Assembly (NCBI GenBank): GCA_963663475.2
Contig: CAXXJV010000001.1
Location: forward strand, 2,752,001 to 2,816,000
Direction of reading: 5' to 3'
Source of the DNA: Candidatus Cloacimonadales bacterium
GTDB taxonomy: Bacteria; Cloacimonadota; Cloacimonadia; Cloacimonadales; JAFGVF01
Length of the DNA stretch: 64,000 bases
The translations under genes were made by a program, and so were the position numbers. The notes under the pieces were generated by a model. It saw only the letters and a program-made list of their open reading frames with translations, did no database searches and had not been told where the DNA came from. How positions within the stretch are numbered: the stretch's first letter is position 1; each line of letters starts with the position of its first letter. Positions 1 to 8,879 of the stretch are shown here, piece after piece.

Positions 1-1110
1 TTGAGATATAATAGGTCTTCTTTTTTCTTGTGATAATCTGTGAGAAGCAACTTTTTTTCTACTCTTAGTATCTAATATTTCCAAAGAAGTTCCATTCTCT
101 CTTACATATACACTCTTTTGCTGATAGAGATAAGGTACAGAATATTTATTTCTTTTCCAGGATATTAATCCTGTTTTATCTACTTTTCTAAGTTCTTCGA
201 TATATAAATTATAGGATCTAAGGATCTTCTCTTCTTCTTTAAACATATTGCGTGGAGTTTCATTTAAGGAACTGTGAATTCGATTATTAACCTCTTCAAA
301 CCAATCTTTTGCTCTAACTCTTACTTCTGACAAACCACTAAAAACTTCACCATAAAGAAAATCTTCTTTTACTTCTCTAACTGCTCTTTCAACTAATCCC
401 TTACTCTCAGGATCATAACCCTCACAAGAATATGGATTTATTGATAGATTGTTCATAAATTGGAAAAACTTACTATTATAAGTAACCTCTCTATATATTT
501 CTTTGATTACTACTAGTTTTGTTTGATCATAAATCATTGTCTCTGGTATATATCCGTAATATTCAAAACATTCTTTATGAGCACTAATAAAATCATCTGT
601 ATTATATGGCTTAAACTGGAAATGCACAAAAGTCATTCTTGAATAGCAATATTTAAACACGCAAAAATATATCTTTTTCCGCTCTTTATTTGATAGTTTA
701 ATATAACATTCTCCAGGATCTACTTGCATCTGAATCCCTGGCTTATAACTTACGACTTTGTAATATCTTTTTGTTGGTAGTTCTAAGCTCTCTTTAATTC
801 TTTTAGAAAAATTAAAAAAACCTCTTTGACTTATCTGTAAATCTTCATAATCTCTCTTAAATATTTTGTATAATTTGCTTAGTCTCATCTTTGGATTTGA
901 TGATATTTTCTGAGTTATTGCTTCTCTGTGAACTTCTAAAACACTCGGTCTTCTAACTTTTGTTAAAAGCTCTTCTACTTCATTATCAGGTACATTTAAA
1001 TAGCGTAAAACAGTTGTTTTAGATACTTTTAACTGCTTGGCTATATCTCTTACACTATTACCTGCTTTGCTTAACGACTTGATTGCATGATACACTTTGG
1101 CTCCTTTCAT
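1..1110 (-). CDS. istA: IS21-family transposase IstA (3'-truncated; absent from ORF track)
   Basis: Manual translation from ATG at 1110: MKGAKVYHAIKSLSKAGNSVRDIAKQLKVSKTTVLRYL (HTH) ...PGIQMQVDPGE...YSR...IYDQTK...YDPESKGLVERAV (DDE) ...VDKTGLISWKRNKYSVP; open to position 1. Confidence 0.92.
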   Translation of the reverse strand, partial: MKGAKVYHAIKSLSKAGNSVRDIAKQLKVSKTTVLRYLNVPDNEVEELLTKVRRPSVLEVHREAITQKISSNPKMRLSKLYKIFKRDYEDLQISQRGFFNFSKRIKESLELPTKRYYKVVSYKPGIQMQVDPGECYIKLSNKERKKIYFCVFKYCYSRMTFVHFQFKPYNTDDFISAHKECFEYYGYIPETMIYDQTKLVVIKEIYREVTYNSKFFQFMNNLSINPYSCEGYDPESKGLVERAVREVKEDFLYGEVFSGLSEVRVRAKDWFEEVNNRIHSSLNETPRNMFKEEEKILRSYNLYIEELRKVDKTGLISWKRNKYSVPYLYQQKSVYVRENGTSLEILDTKSRKKVASHRLSQEKRRPIISQ

Positions 1111-1199
1111 ATTGTCTCCAGGAATTTTTACTTTTTTACTCCTGAAAACTGTACCAGATTAAACTGCCATTTGTGTACCAGTTTAAACTTCCATCTACA
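1..1199 (-). mobile_element. IS21-family insertion sequence, left end plus istA, truncated by window edge
   Basis: Minus strand reads TGTAGATGGAAGTTTAAACTGGTACACAAATGGCAGTTTAATCTGGTACAG from 1199: a TG end with two internal direct repeats, typical of IS21 ends, just upstream of istA. The end could instead be 1201 (TGTGTAG). Confidence 0.85.
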
Positions 1200-1201
1200 C
1201 A

Positions 1202-1520
1202 AGGATCCGTAATCACTTGCCACCAGCGTAAACGCGGGCTGGAATCCCGCGACCCAAAAGCGGGTAGGGCTTTAGTCAAGTAGGGATTTGTAGTTTGGAT
1301 GTCTGGCAGAAGAGGAAGATGCCAGCAAGCAAGGATGCTGGCGTTCCCAGTGTTAGGAAAATACTGGCAGGGATGCTGGCGCTCTTAGTTTTGGTAGGCA
1401 GACTAGGATCCGTAATCACTTGCCACCAGCGTAAACGCGAGCTGGAATCCTGCTACCCAAAGGCGGGTAGGGCTTTAGTCAAGTAAGGATTTGTAGTTTG
1501 GGTGCCTAGCAGAAGAAAAA
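1202..1520. repeat. Two direct copies of a ~115-bp GC-rich structured unit with REP-like spacer
   Basis: AGGATCCGTAATCACTTGCCACCAGCGTAAACGCG..GCGGGTAGGGCTTTAGTCAAGTA..GCAGAAGA at ~1202-1315 and ~1406-1515. The spacer holds GGATGCTGGCG twice and a GCCAGCA..TGCTGGC hairpin. Confidence 0.85.
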
Positions 1521-1605
1521 ATATATTTGAAAAAAAAATGATCTTGCTTTTGTTGAAGAATTTTCTGTTATTCACAAAATCCTACTGCATTGTTTTAGAT
1601 TATTT
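1521..1605 (+). repeat. Degenerate right half of the MITE-like element
   Basis: TTCTGTTATTCACAAAATCCTACTGCATT resembles TTCTGCTATTCGCAAAGGTCTACTGCATT at ~25245-25273. Confidence 0.6.
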
Positions 1606-1623
1606 CCTTATTCCTTGCTTGTT

Positions 1624-1682
1624 CCTTCCTTTACGGTCTTTCGATGAAAGTCCCAGTTTCATCGAAAGACCGTAAAGGAAGG
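1624..1682. repeat. Long perfect palindrome, copy 1 of 3
   Basis: CCTTCCTTTACGGTCTTTCGATGAAA-gtcccag-TTTCATCGAAAGACCGTAAAGGAAGG; 26-bp arms, 7-nt loop. Confidence 0.95.
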
Positions 1683-1738
1683 GTAAATGATGCTACAAGG
1701 GTTTGGAGTAGGATTTCACCCAGAATTTATCTTAAATT

Positions 1739-2650
1739 TTATTTTTCCAGATTAAGTTTTTCAACACTTTTCCATCTTTTATGAACCCAAAACCAAAGAT
1801 AAGGATATTGGTTAATTATGGAAGCAAGAGATTGATTTAAGGCGGACATAACATCAAAATCAGTCATATTTTCTGCCTGTGGATAGAAGATTTTTTCAAA
1901 CCTAAAAATATGTTTACCCTCTTTAGTTCTGATATGATAAGCAGGCATAATGGGTAAGTTAGCCTTTAAGGCAATTCTAGCAATTCCCATGAAAACAGAA
2001 GCATCATGGTTCATAAAAGGCATTATTTCACCAGATTTTCTAGCATCTTGATCATGAATAAAGAAAATCATCCTATCATCTTTAATAGCTTTTAAGATTC
2101 CCCTAAGAGCTCTTTTTTGGTAAATTACATCTAGACCGTACTTAGCTCGAAATTGGACAAAATATTCATCAAAAAAAGGATTTCTCTGTTTCTTGGCAAT
2201 AGCTGAAAGCTTGATATTTCTTTGTAAAAGATAATAACCAAGTATTTCCCAATTACCAAAATGTCCAGTAGCTATTAAAACACTCTTACCCATCTTTATC
2301 GCTTCTTCTAGATTTTCTAATCCTTGGAATTCAGCTTCTTTAACAATTTTATCTTTATCAGCCTTAAAAATTTCATAGACCATCAAGCCATAATGCTTAT
2401 ACATTGCTTTAGTATGCTTGAGAATATCTGTAGAAGATAAATGAGGAAGTGATCTTTTCATTTGCCTAATAACTAAGTCTTTTCTAATCCCAATCCTATA
2501 ACCTATGTTCACTGCAATAAAGTCCATTAATCTTCTAACACCTTTATCACTAAGAATATTAAAGAGCCAAAGGAATAATGATAGACCTAGTTTTTCTACA
2601 AAATTCTTTCTAGCTTTAGTCGTCTTTTTCAAGATTACATACCTCTTCAA
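1739..2650 (-). CDS. Lipid A biosynthesis acyltransferase family (LpxL/HtrB-like)
   Basis: TGHFGNWE, DQD and W-F-W-x-H-K-R-W-K motifs. True start may be the TTG at 2632. Confidence 0.85.
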   Translation of the reverse strand: MKRYVILKKTTKARKNFVEKLGLSLFLWLFNILSDKGVRRLMDFIAVNIGYRIGIRKDLVIRQMKRSLPHLSSTDILKHTKAMYKHYGLMVYEIFKADKDKIVKEAEFQGLENLEEAIKMGKSVLIATGHFGNWEILGYYLLQRNIKLSAIAKKQRNPFFDEYFVQFRAKYGLDVIYQKRALRGILKAIKDDRMIFFIHDQDARKSGEIMPFMNHDASVFMGIARIALKANLPIMPAYHIRTKEGKHIFRFEKIFYPQAENMTDFDVMSALNQSLASIINQYPYLWFWVHKRWKSVEKLNLEK

Positions 2651-3560
2651 TTGAAATAGCGTTGCCTTTTGTGTCTTTCCTGGTTTGATTTACTATTAAT
2701 TCCCCTAAAAGACCTATTGAGAAAAATTGGATACCAGCTAAAATTAAGAGAATTGAAAGAAAAAGTGCAGGTCTATTAGAAAGTGGCATTCCCATAGCAT
2801 ACTTCATAATTGTTAGATATAGGCCTAATATAGTCCCGATTATTGTTAAGATTGATCCAATCCCACCAAATAAATAAAGGGGTGACCGATTAAATCTTGT
2901 GATGAGTTTGACAGTAAGTAGGTCAAGGAAACCTCTGAGGTATCTTTCAAAGCCATATTTAGATTTACCAAATTCTCTAGCTCTATGATGTACTGGAATT
3001 TGGCCAACCTTAAATCCTTTAGCATCTGCTAAAGCAGGTACATACCTATGCATTTCACCATAAATATCTAACTCCTTAACTAAGTTTTTACTGTATGCTT
3101 TAAAGCCACAATTATAGTCATTTAACTTTAGTTTGAAAGTACGGGAAGTAACCCAATTAAAGAGTTTTGAGGGCAGTCTTTTACTTATTGGATCTCTTCT
3201 TTTTACCTTCCAACCAGTTACTAAATCATAACCTTCTTTCATTTTTTCCAGAAAGTTTTTGATTTCTATGGGGTTATCTTGTAAATCTGCATCCATAGTA
3301 AAGATTACATCTCCAGTAACCTGAGAAAAACCAACATCAAGAGCATAAGCCTTACCAAAGTTCTTTCTAAATTTGATAACTTTTACACATTTATCCTCTA
3401 ATGCTAGATTCTTCATAACTTGGTAAGTTTGGTCACTTGAACCATCATCAATAAAAATTATCTCGTATTCATGGTCTTGGCAATTATCAATAATCTCAGT
3501 ATAAAGTTGCTTTAAAGACTCTTCTTCGTTTAAGGCAGGTATTACAAAAGATAATTTCAT
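2616..3560 (-). CDS. GT2 polyprenol-phosphate glycosyltransferase (ArnC/DPM1/GtrB-like)
   Basis: IPALNEE, DDGSSD, RKNFGK, MDADLQD, HR..P motifs; two C-terminal TM helices. Confidence 0.9.
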   Translation of the reverse strand: MKLSFVIPALNEEESLKQLYTEIIDNCQDHEYEIIFIDDGSSDQTYQVMKNLALEDKCVKVIKFRKNFGKAYALDVGFSQVTGDVIFTMDADLQDNPIEIKNFLEKMKEGYDLVTGWKVKRRDPISKRLPSKLFNWVTSRTFKLKLNDYNCGFKAYSKNLVKELDIYGEMHRYVPALADAKGFKVGQIPVHHRAREFGKSKYGFERYLRGFLDLLTVKLITRFNRSPLYLFGGIGSILTIIGTILGLYLTIMKYAMGMPLSNRPALFLSILLILAGIQFFSIGLLGELIVNQTRKDTKGNAISIEEVCNLEKDD

Positions 3561-3568
3561 TTTATCTC

Positions 3569-4756
3569 CTATTTTAGAAAATCAAAAAAAACTTTTGTAG
3601 AAACTTTAGCAAAAAGCTTTGGATTCTTCACAATTAAAGTTTTAAAGATATTTAAGACATTAAGTTCTTCTAAAGATATATCCCTGATTATATCAAAATA
3701 TCTATCAAGTTTTGGATTGCTAGCTGCAACAATTTTGTCTTTAATAATCTGTTCTATCTTCTCTTTATTTTTATGTTTAGCATGCCACTTATTCTGATAA
3801 GCTAATAGTTTCTTATCATCAATTCCTTTTTGTGTAACAGCTTTAGCAATAGTTTGACCACATAGAATTCCAGCAGATATTGCTGTATCAATTCCACCCC
3901 CACTTATAGCATTAGTTTGATAAGCAGAATCTCCCACTAACATAACCCTATTCTTAACTAAAATTGGATTAGTCTGTCTAACTGGAACACCTCCACAAGT
4001 TAACCTAAGAGAGTTAGAATGAGGATAATAGTCTTTTAAAAAATTATCTAAGTAATCCTGTGCAGGTTTTTCAGCTCTTTGAGGATTAACACCTAGTCCT
4101 ATATTTGCTGTATTAGCTCCCTTAGTAAAAATCCAAACATAGCCTCCAGGAGCATAATTATTATCAAAAATAAAACTACACTGACCATCAATAATAGTCT
4201 TATCATATACTAGATATTGAGCACAAGAATCAATATCTGCAAGCGATAACTGTTGAGACATTCCAAACCACCGCCCGACTTGAGAATCGATACCATCTGC
4301 TGCAACTAGTATTCTGGACTGATAAACTTGCTCTTGCTTCCTTATTGAAATATTAAATAATTGTTTTGATTCATCATAAGTGGCAGATTTAACATCATGT
4401 TTCAAAAGTATTTTAGTTCCATACATGAGAGCTTTCTTAGCAAGGAACTTATCAAAAAGTTCTCGATGAAGAATTACTCCCTTACTAGGACTATGCACAG
4501 TTATTGGAATTTTATTGGGAGGGATAATATTGATTTGCTTGATTTGACTAGCAATGACACTTTCTGGGATTTCCCCTAGTTCATCTAAAGCCTTGTTCAT
4601 TATCCCTTCAGCACAACGTACTGGTACACCAATCTCTCTATCACGTTCGAGAACAAGAGTACTTAATCCATTTTTTGAACACTGATAAGCAGTTACTAAT
4701 CCTCCAGGCCCTCCACCAATGACCACTACATCATAGATATGATTATTCTGTGACAT
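3569..4756 (-). CDS. Geranylgeranyl reductase-family FAD oxidoreductase (DGGR-like)
   Basis: GGGPGG, PVRCAEG, AADGIDS, APGGYVWIFTKG..ANIGLG, LVGDSA..NAISGGGI. Confidence 0.85.
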   Translation of the reverse strand: MSQNNHIYDVVVIGGGPGGLVTAYQCSKNGLSTLVLERDREIGVPVRCAEGIMNKALDELGEIPESVIASQIKQINIIPPNKIPITVHSPSKGVILHRELFDKFLAKKALMYGTKILLKHDVKSATYDESKQLFNISIRKQEQVYQSRILVAADGIDSQVGRWFGMSQQLSLADIDSCAQYLVYDKTIIDGQCSFIFDNNYAPGGYVWIFTKGANTANIGLGVNPQRAEKPAQDYLDNFLKDYYPHSNSLRLTCGGVPVRQTNPILVKNRVMLVGDSAYQTNAISGGGIDTAISAGILCGQTIAKAVTQKGIDDKKLLAYQNKWHAKHKNKEKIEQIIKDKIVAASNPKLDRYFDIIRDISLEELNVLNIFKTLIVKNPKLFAKVSTKVFFDFLK

Positions 4757-4922
4757 TTGAGATGGCTCCTAATGGACAGGTATTTATACATTTCTGGCAA
4801 CTAATGCATTTGTTTGAGTTTATATAGACTGCTTGTTCACTAATTTCTATGGCTAATTGTGGGCAAATAGCAACACAACAACCACATTTATCACATATAG
4901 TAAAATTAATTTCGATCTTCAT
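4743..4922 (-). CDS. 2[4Fe-4S] ferredoxin, 59 aa (absent from ORF track)
   Basis: Manual translation MKIEINFTICDKCGVCVAICPQLAIEISEQAVYINSNKCISCQKCINTCPLGAISNVTE*: two CxxCxxCxxxCP motifs; overlaps both neighbours. Confidence 0.93.
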   Translation of the reverse strand: MKIEINFTICDKCGCCVAICPQLAIEISEQAVYINSNKCISCQKCINTCPLGAISNVTE

Positions 4923-6474
4923 TTACTTCTCTATAATCAATAACTTTCGCCTGACCACTGTTAGAAATCTGCACTACAAGTTGGTATATTTTATTATCTT
5001 GTAGTTTATTCTTAAGCCCATTATCAAAATTAAGTTTATGGTGATTACCACTTAAATCATAATTATTCACTAAAAACATTGGTTCTGAATTATCATGACC
5101 AAAAGGCAACATGAAGTCTAATTGTTCAATAGCATTATTATCTAGTTCGCTAACATCAATTACAGCATCAATATTAATTGTCTTATTAGCTTCTATAGTT
5201 TCAAGCTGTGTCTGGAAATATTCCTTATAGAGTTTTAGAAATTTATCTAAGTTGTCTATCTTCATGGTAAATCCCCCTGCTCTGACATGGCCACCATACT
5301 GAATTAATGCATCCTCACAGTATTTAAAAGCATCAAGCACACTAAAACCTTCACTACATCTCCCTTCACAAATAATAACGCCATCACGTTCTTTGAGCAT
5401 AAGAACTGGCTCATATAAGGTGTTAACTAAGAAGGTAGCACAAGTGCCAAGTAGAGGGTTAGGTATTCTATCATCTTTGTCTATATAGACAAGTCCATCT
5501 CCACTATATTCAGAAAGGAGCTCGGAAATAATAGTATTTAACGCAAATAAATTGTGTTCATTAGCTTTCTTTTCATTCTGTATTAAAGCAAACTCATCAT
5601 ATTTCTCTCTATCCTTGGCTAACATGAATCTTAAACCATGGTGTTGGCCATCAACCTCTCTACCATTAGCTATCATTCGATAAGAATAAGTTAAAAAACT
5701 AAGTTTATCATAATATGTATGAATTGGATTACAGATTGATTTTAGCATATCAATGGTATTACCTTTAATTTTATCCCACTTATCCAAGACATGGCGAACA
5801 ATTATCCAGTTCACATCTGCCATTGGTACTCGGTCAGCTAAAGAACCTACAGCAGTCCAAAAGTAATAAGCAGGTTTAATTTCTTTCTCAAGTCGCTTTG
5901 CTAAACCTCTAACTAACATGAGAGAGACACCTACTCCAGCAATCATATCATAAGGATAAGAACAGTCAGAACGTTTAGGATTGACTACTGCAGTGGCTAA
6001 AGGAATATTTTCTTGATCAAAGAGATGATGATCAGTTATTATAACATCTATTCCCATGGCCTTAATCTCCTCAACTTTATCTTTTGAGGAAATACCATTA
6101 TCTACTGTAATAAGTAAATCAGCCTTCTTTTCAGCTAAAAATGATAAACAGGAATCCTGAATACCATGGTGATCTACAAGTCTATTGGGAATATAGTAAT
6201 AGTGATTTTGAAAGCCACATGTTTCAAAAAAATCATAAAGCAAATATGTTGCAGTTACTCCATCTGGGTCATCATGACCAAATATTACTATTCTTTCATT
6301 ACTATAGAGAGCATTTAATATACGCTCAACTGCCACATCTAGATCTTTTAACAAGAAATCATCAGGCAAATCATCTATTGTCTTTTGATATTCATCTTTG
6401 CTCTTATTTCTATTATCTAATATCTGCTTTATAAAATTATCTTCACTATCACGATATAACCATTTTAATTTCAT
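4906..6474 (-). CDS. recJ: RecJ-like DHH-family ssDNA exonuclease
   Basis: GHDDPDG, ITVDNGI, ITDHH, GSLADRVP, YGGHVRAGG, PFGHDNSEP. Confidence 0.75.
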   Translation of the reverse strand: MKLKWLYRDSEDNFIKQILDNRNKSKDEYQKTIDDLPDDFLLKDLDVAVERILNALYSNERIVIFGHDDPDGVTATYLLYDFFETCGFQNHYYYIPNRLVDHHGIQDSCLSFLAEKKADLLITVDNGISSKDKVEEIKAMGIDVIITDHHLFDQENIPLATAVVNPKRSDCSYPYDMIAGVGVSLMLVRGLAKRLEKEIKPAYYFWTAVGSLADRVPMADVNWIIVRHVLDKWDKIKGNTIDMLKSICNPIHTYYDKLSFLTYSYRMIANGREVDGQHHGLRFMLAKDREKYDEFALIQNEKKANEHNLFALNTIISELLSEYSGDGLVYIDKDDRIPNPLLGTCATFLVNTLYEPVLMLKERDGVIICEGRCSEGFSVLDAFKYCEDALIQYGGHVRAGGFTMKIDNLDKFLKLYKEYFQTQLETIEANKTINIDAVIDVSELDNNAIEQLDFMLPFGHDNSEPMFLVNNYDLSGNHHKLNFDNGLKNKLQDNKIYQLVVQISNSGQAKVIDYREVNEDRN

Positions 6475-6487
6475 TAAATTTTCCTTG

Positions 6488-7720
6488 TTAGTTTAAGTCT
6501 TCCTTAATAGGTATATCTCGCGGTTCTTTTCTTGTATAAACTTTTCTAAATATATCAAAACCAGAAACACCTATCATGAACATGCTAGATCTATCTTCTA
6601 TGCCATGAGTATCAAGATCACCTCTAATCATATACTCAAAAGCGAAATCTAATTTATCTATTCTTGATTTAAGAGGTAGAGAAAAACCTATTGTAGCAGT
6701 TTTCTCATAAATCTTTTCATTATTATAGTCAAAAGGAAGCTCTCTTAAGGAGAAACCACTTCTAATAGGTATAGCTTCATAAAATTCTTTTCGGCCAAGC
6801 TTAGGTTCATAAGCAAATCCTATACCAGCTTTCCAAGAATTATGATAATCTTCTCCCATAAACCTATCCCAAATTTCATAATTAAAATCTCCAGCTACCT
6901 TAAAGATACCAGCCCATTTTTTAGCTAAACCAAAAGCAATCTTATGAGGAAGATTAAAATCAACATCAGTTAATTCTTGGCTAGAATGAATTGTAAAAAA
7001 CTCTTTCTCAGCATTAATCTTGCGTCCATACTCATAGTTAGCACCTAGAGACCATGTTGCTCCCTGTTTAAGTATTCCACTGCTAAAACCAATATCAGTG
7101 AAAGATATCTTATACTTGTTTCGAGTATTGAATACACCACTATCTGAATCTTGAATTAACTCCTGTTCTCTATGTCCTATAAAAATATTTGGTCCAAAAG
7201 CTAGACTCCAGCCAGAAGCCATTCTATATCCATAATAAGCATCTAGCTTATAAATATAGGAGCTGAATAAGTTCTTTTCAATTAGAGTATTCTCTTGACC
7301 ATCTATCTCGTAGGTAACTTCAACTTCATTTTCAAAGTTTCCTGATTTCCAAGAGTTGAATTGAAAAGCAAATTTATGTTCATTATAAGGAACCACTATA
7401 CTAAAGAAAGGGAAATCTACAGCATCATCAGTGAAGCTTGAATTAGAATCAGTTTTATACTTAATATATCCTAATTTTACACCTGTATAGAAATTAACAG
7501 TATTTGCTGTATTTATTAAGGCTGGGTTACCAAATCCGTGAGCTAGTCTTAAGCCATCACCTATTCCTACATCTCCCATTCCCTGACTATAGATATCATT
7601 ACCTGAATATTGATAAGGTAATCCTGTAATTGAAAAAATTGAGTTACCTGCTAGTAAAACACCAACTTGCAACCATATCATTACTATCAATAAGGTATAA
7701 TACCACTTCTTTTTGTTCAT
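6488..7720 (-). CDS. Outer-membrane beta-barrel protein (FadL/PorV-like)
   Basis: Signal peptide, GMGDVG and NPA N-terminal motifs, alternating amphipathic strands. Confidence 0.6.
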   Translation of the reverse strand: MNKKKWYYTLLIVMIWLQVGVLLAGNSIFSITGLPYQYSGNDIYSQGMGDVGIGDGLRLAHGFGNPALINTANTVNFYTGVKLGYIKYKTDSNSSFTDDAVDFPFFSIVVPYNEHKFAFQFNSWKSGNFENEVEVTYEIDGQENTLIEKNLFSSYIYKLDAYYGYRMASGWSLAFGPNIFIGHREQELIQDSDSGVFNTRNKYKISFTDIGFSSGILKQGATWSLGANYEYGRKINAEKEFFTIHSSQELTDVDFNLPHKIAFGLAKKWAGIFKVAGDFNYEIWDRFMGEDYHNSWKAGIGFAYEPKLGRKEFYEAIPIRSGFSLRELPFDYNNEKIYEKTATIGFSLPLKSRIDKLDFAFEYMIRGDLDTHGIEDRSSMFMIGVSGFDIFRKVYTRKEPRDIPIKEDLN

Positions 7721-7844
7721 TTATTACTCCATTTCAAATTATTCCATTAATTAAATTAAAATCCTGTCCATTTGTCAATAATCTTTTTTTTATAAATTAT
7801 TATAATAATGGGAAAAAATTGATCTTCACTAAAAATATTTAGCT

Positions 7845-8870
7845 TTATTGAGCAAGAGAATCGAAGTACTTTTCTATTCTTACCCCTAGCTTTTTCTTTA
7901 AAGAATTAACTATTGCAGACTTTGATTTGGCAATAGCTTCTTCTTTATTAATGCCTCCAGAACGGCTCTTTTCGTTTAAGGAAACTACTATTTTATTATT
8001 ATTGTCTCTTATACTTAAATCATATTCATATTTTACAAAATCTTCCTTTCTTCCCAGGTCAACATCCTGATAGTGATAAGAACTGACAACTTTAAGCATG
8101 GCTTGATTATCAACAATACTAAAATTCATTTCATTAATAATTTCTTTGATTGTGTTAGCAAGAATTCCTTTTTCGTCGTTTTCTACCTGAATAGAAAAAC
8201 TAATCTGAGAAGCAATTTCTCGCATAAGAGAATTGATTTTAGGATATCTGTTTTCTACACCAACTATTTCATAATCCATAGGAGATATAATAGCTAACTG
8301 ATCAAGCAAAATTTGATTTTGATAAGCGAAAATTGATGCTAAACCTAGGTAAGCATACCTTCTAACAAGGTCAGAAGTCTCTTCATACTTAGTCATATAA
8401 AAATCAGTCATTTCCTTAGTTTGCACTATTTTTTCATCATAGATATCAGCAGTTCTACTTCTATGAATATAAGCTAAGGCGTATACTTTACCTAAATCAT
8501 CTGTGTAAGTCTCACCAATCTCAATATTTATAAGGTCCTGTTCTGCACTAATGAAGATATCTTTTGTATTTTCGGCAAATAAAGAAACTTCATCTTCAGC
8601 TTTACTAGATTCTAGTTCAGACCATCTTTCTGAAAAATGGGTATTAGCCCTAACATCAGTTTTAAAGATTCTTGCAACACTACCCATAGCATCTGCTTCG
8701 GCTGATCTTCTTGTTGAACCATAACCAACTGCAGCTAAATACATACCTTGAGGATATTTAACCTTAGGATTATCTATCCATTCTGGTTTCCCTCCTGAAC
8801 CTGATTGTTTATTAGCTGAACAAGCCATCATAAGAATTAATACTATTATAAGAATAAAAAATTTTCGCAT
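7845..8870 (-). CDS. LPP20-family lipoprotein
   Basis: Lipobox MMAC, KPEWI motif, AVGYG..A..DA. Confidence 0.7.
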   Translation of the reverse strand: MRKFFILIIVLILMMACSANKQSGSGGKPEWIDNPKVKYPQGMYLAAVGYGSTRRSAEADAMGSVARIFKTDVRANTHFSERWSELESSKAEDEVSLFAENTKDIFISAEQDLINIEIGETYTDDLGKVYALAYIHRSRTADIYDEKIVQTKEMTDFYMTKYEETSDLVRRYAYLGLASIFAYQNQILLDQLAIISPMDYEIVGVENRYPKINSLMREIASQISFSIQVENDEKGILANTIKEIINEMNFSIVDNQAMLKVVSSYHYQDVDLGRKEDFVKYEYDLSIRDNNNKIVVSLNEKSRSGGINKEEAIAKSKSAIVNSLKKKLGVRIEKYFDSLAQ

Positions 8871-8879
8871 ATTAAACCT

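Noticed and set aside
1295-1486. 63-aa ORF from the track
   Set aside because: Lies wholly in the repeat cluster, TTG start, no recognisable motif; likely spurious.
1202-1520. Possible CRISPR array
   Set aside because: Only two ~115-bp units, no repeat-spacer periodicity, no cas genes in the window.
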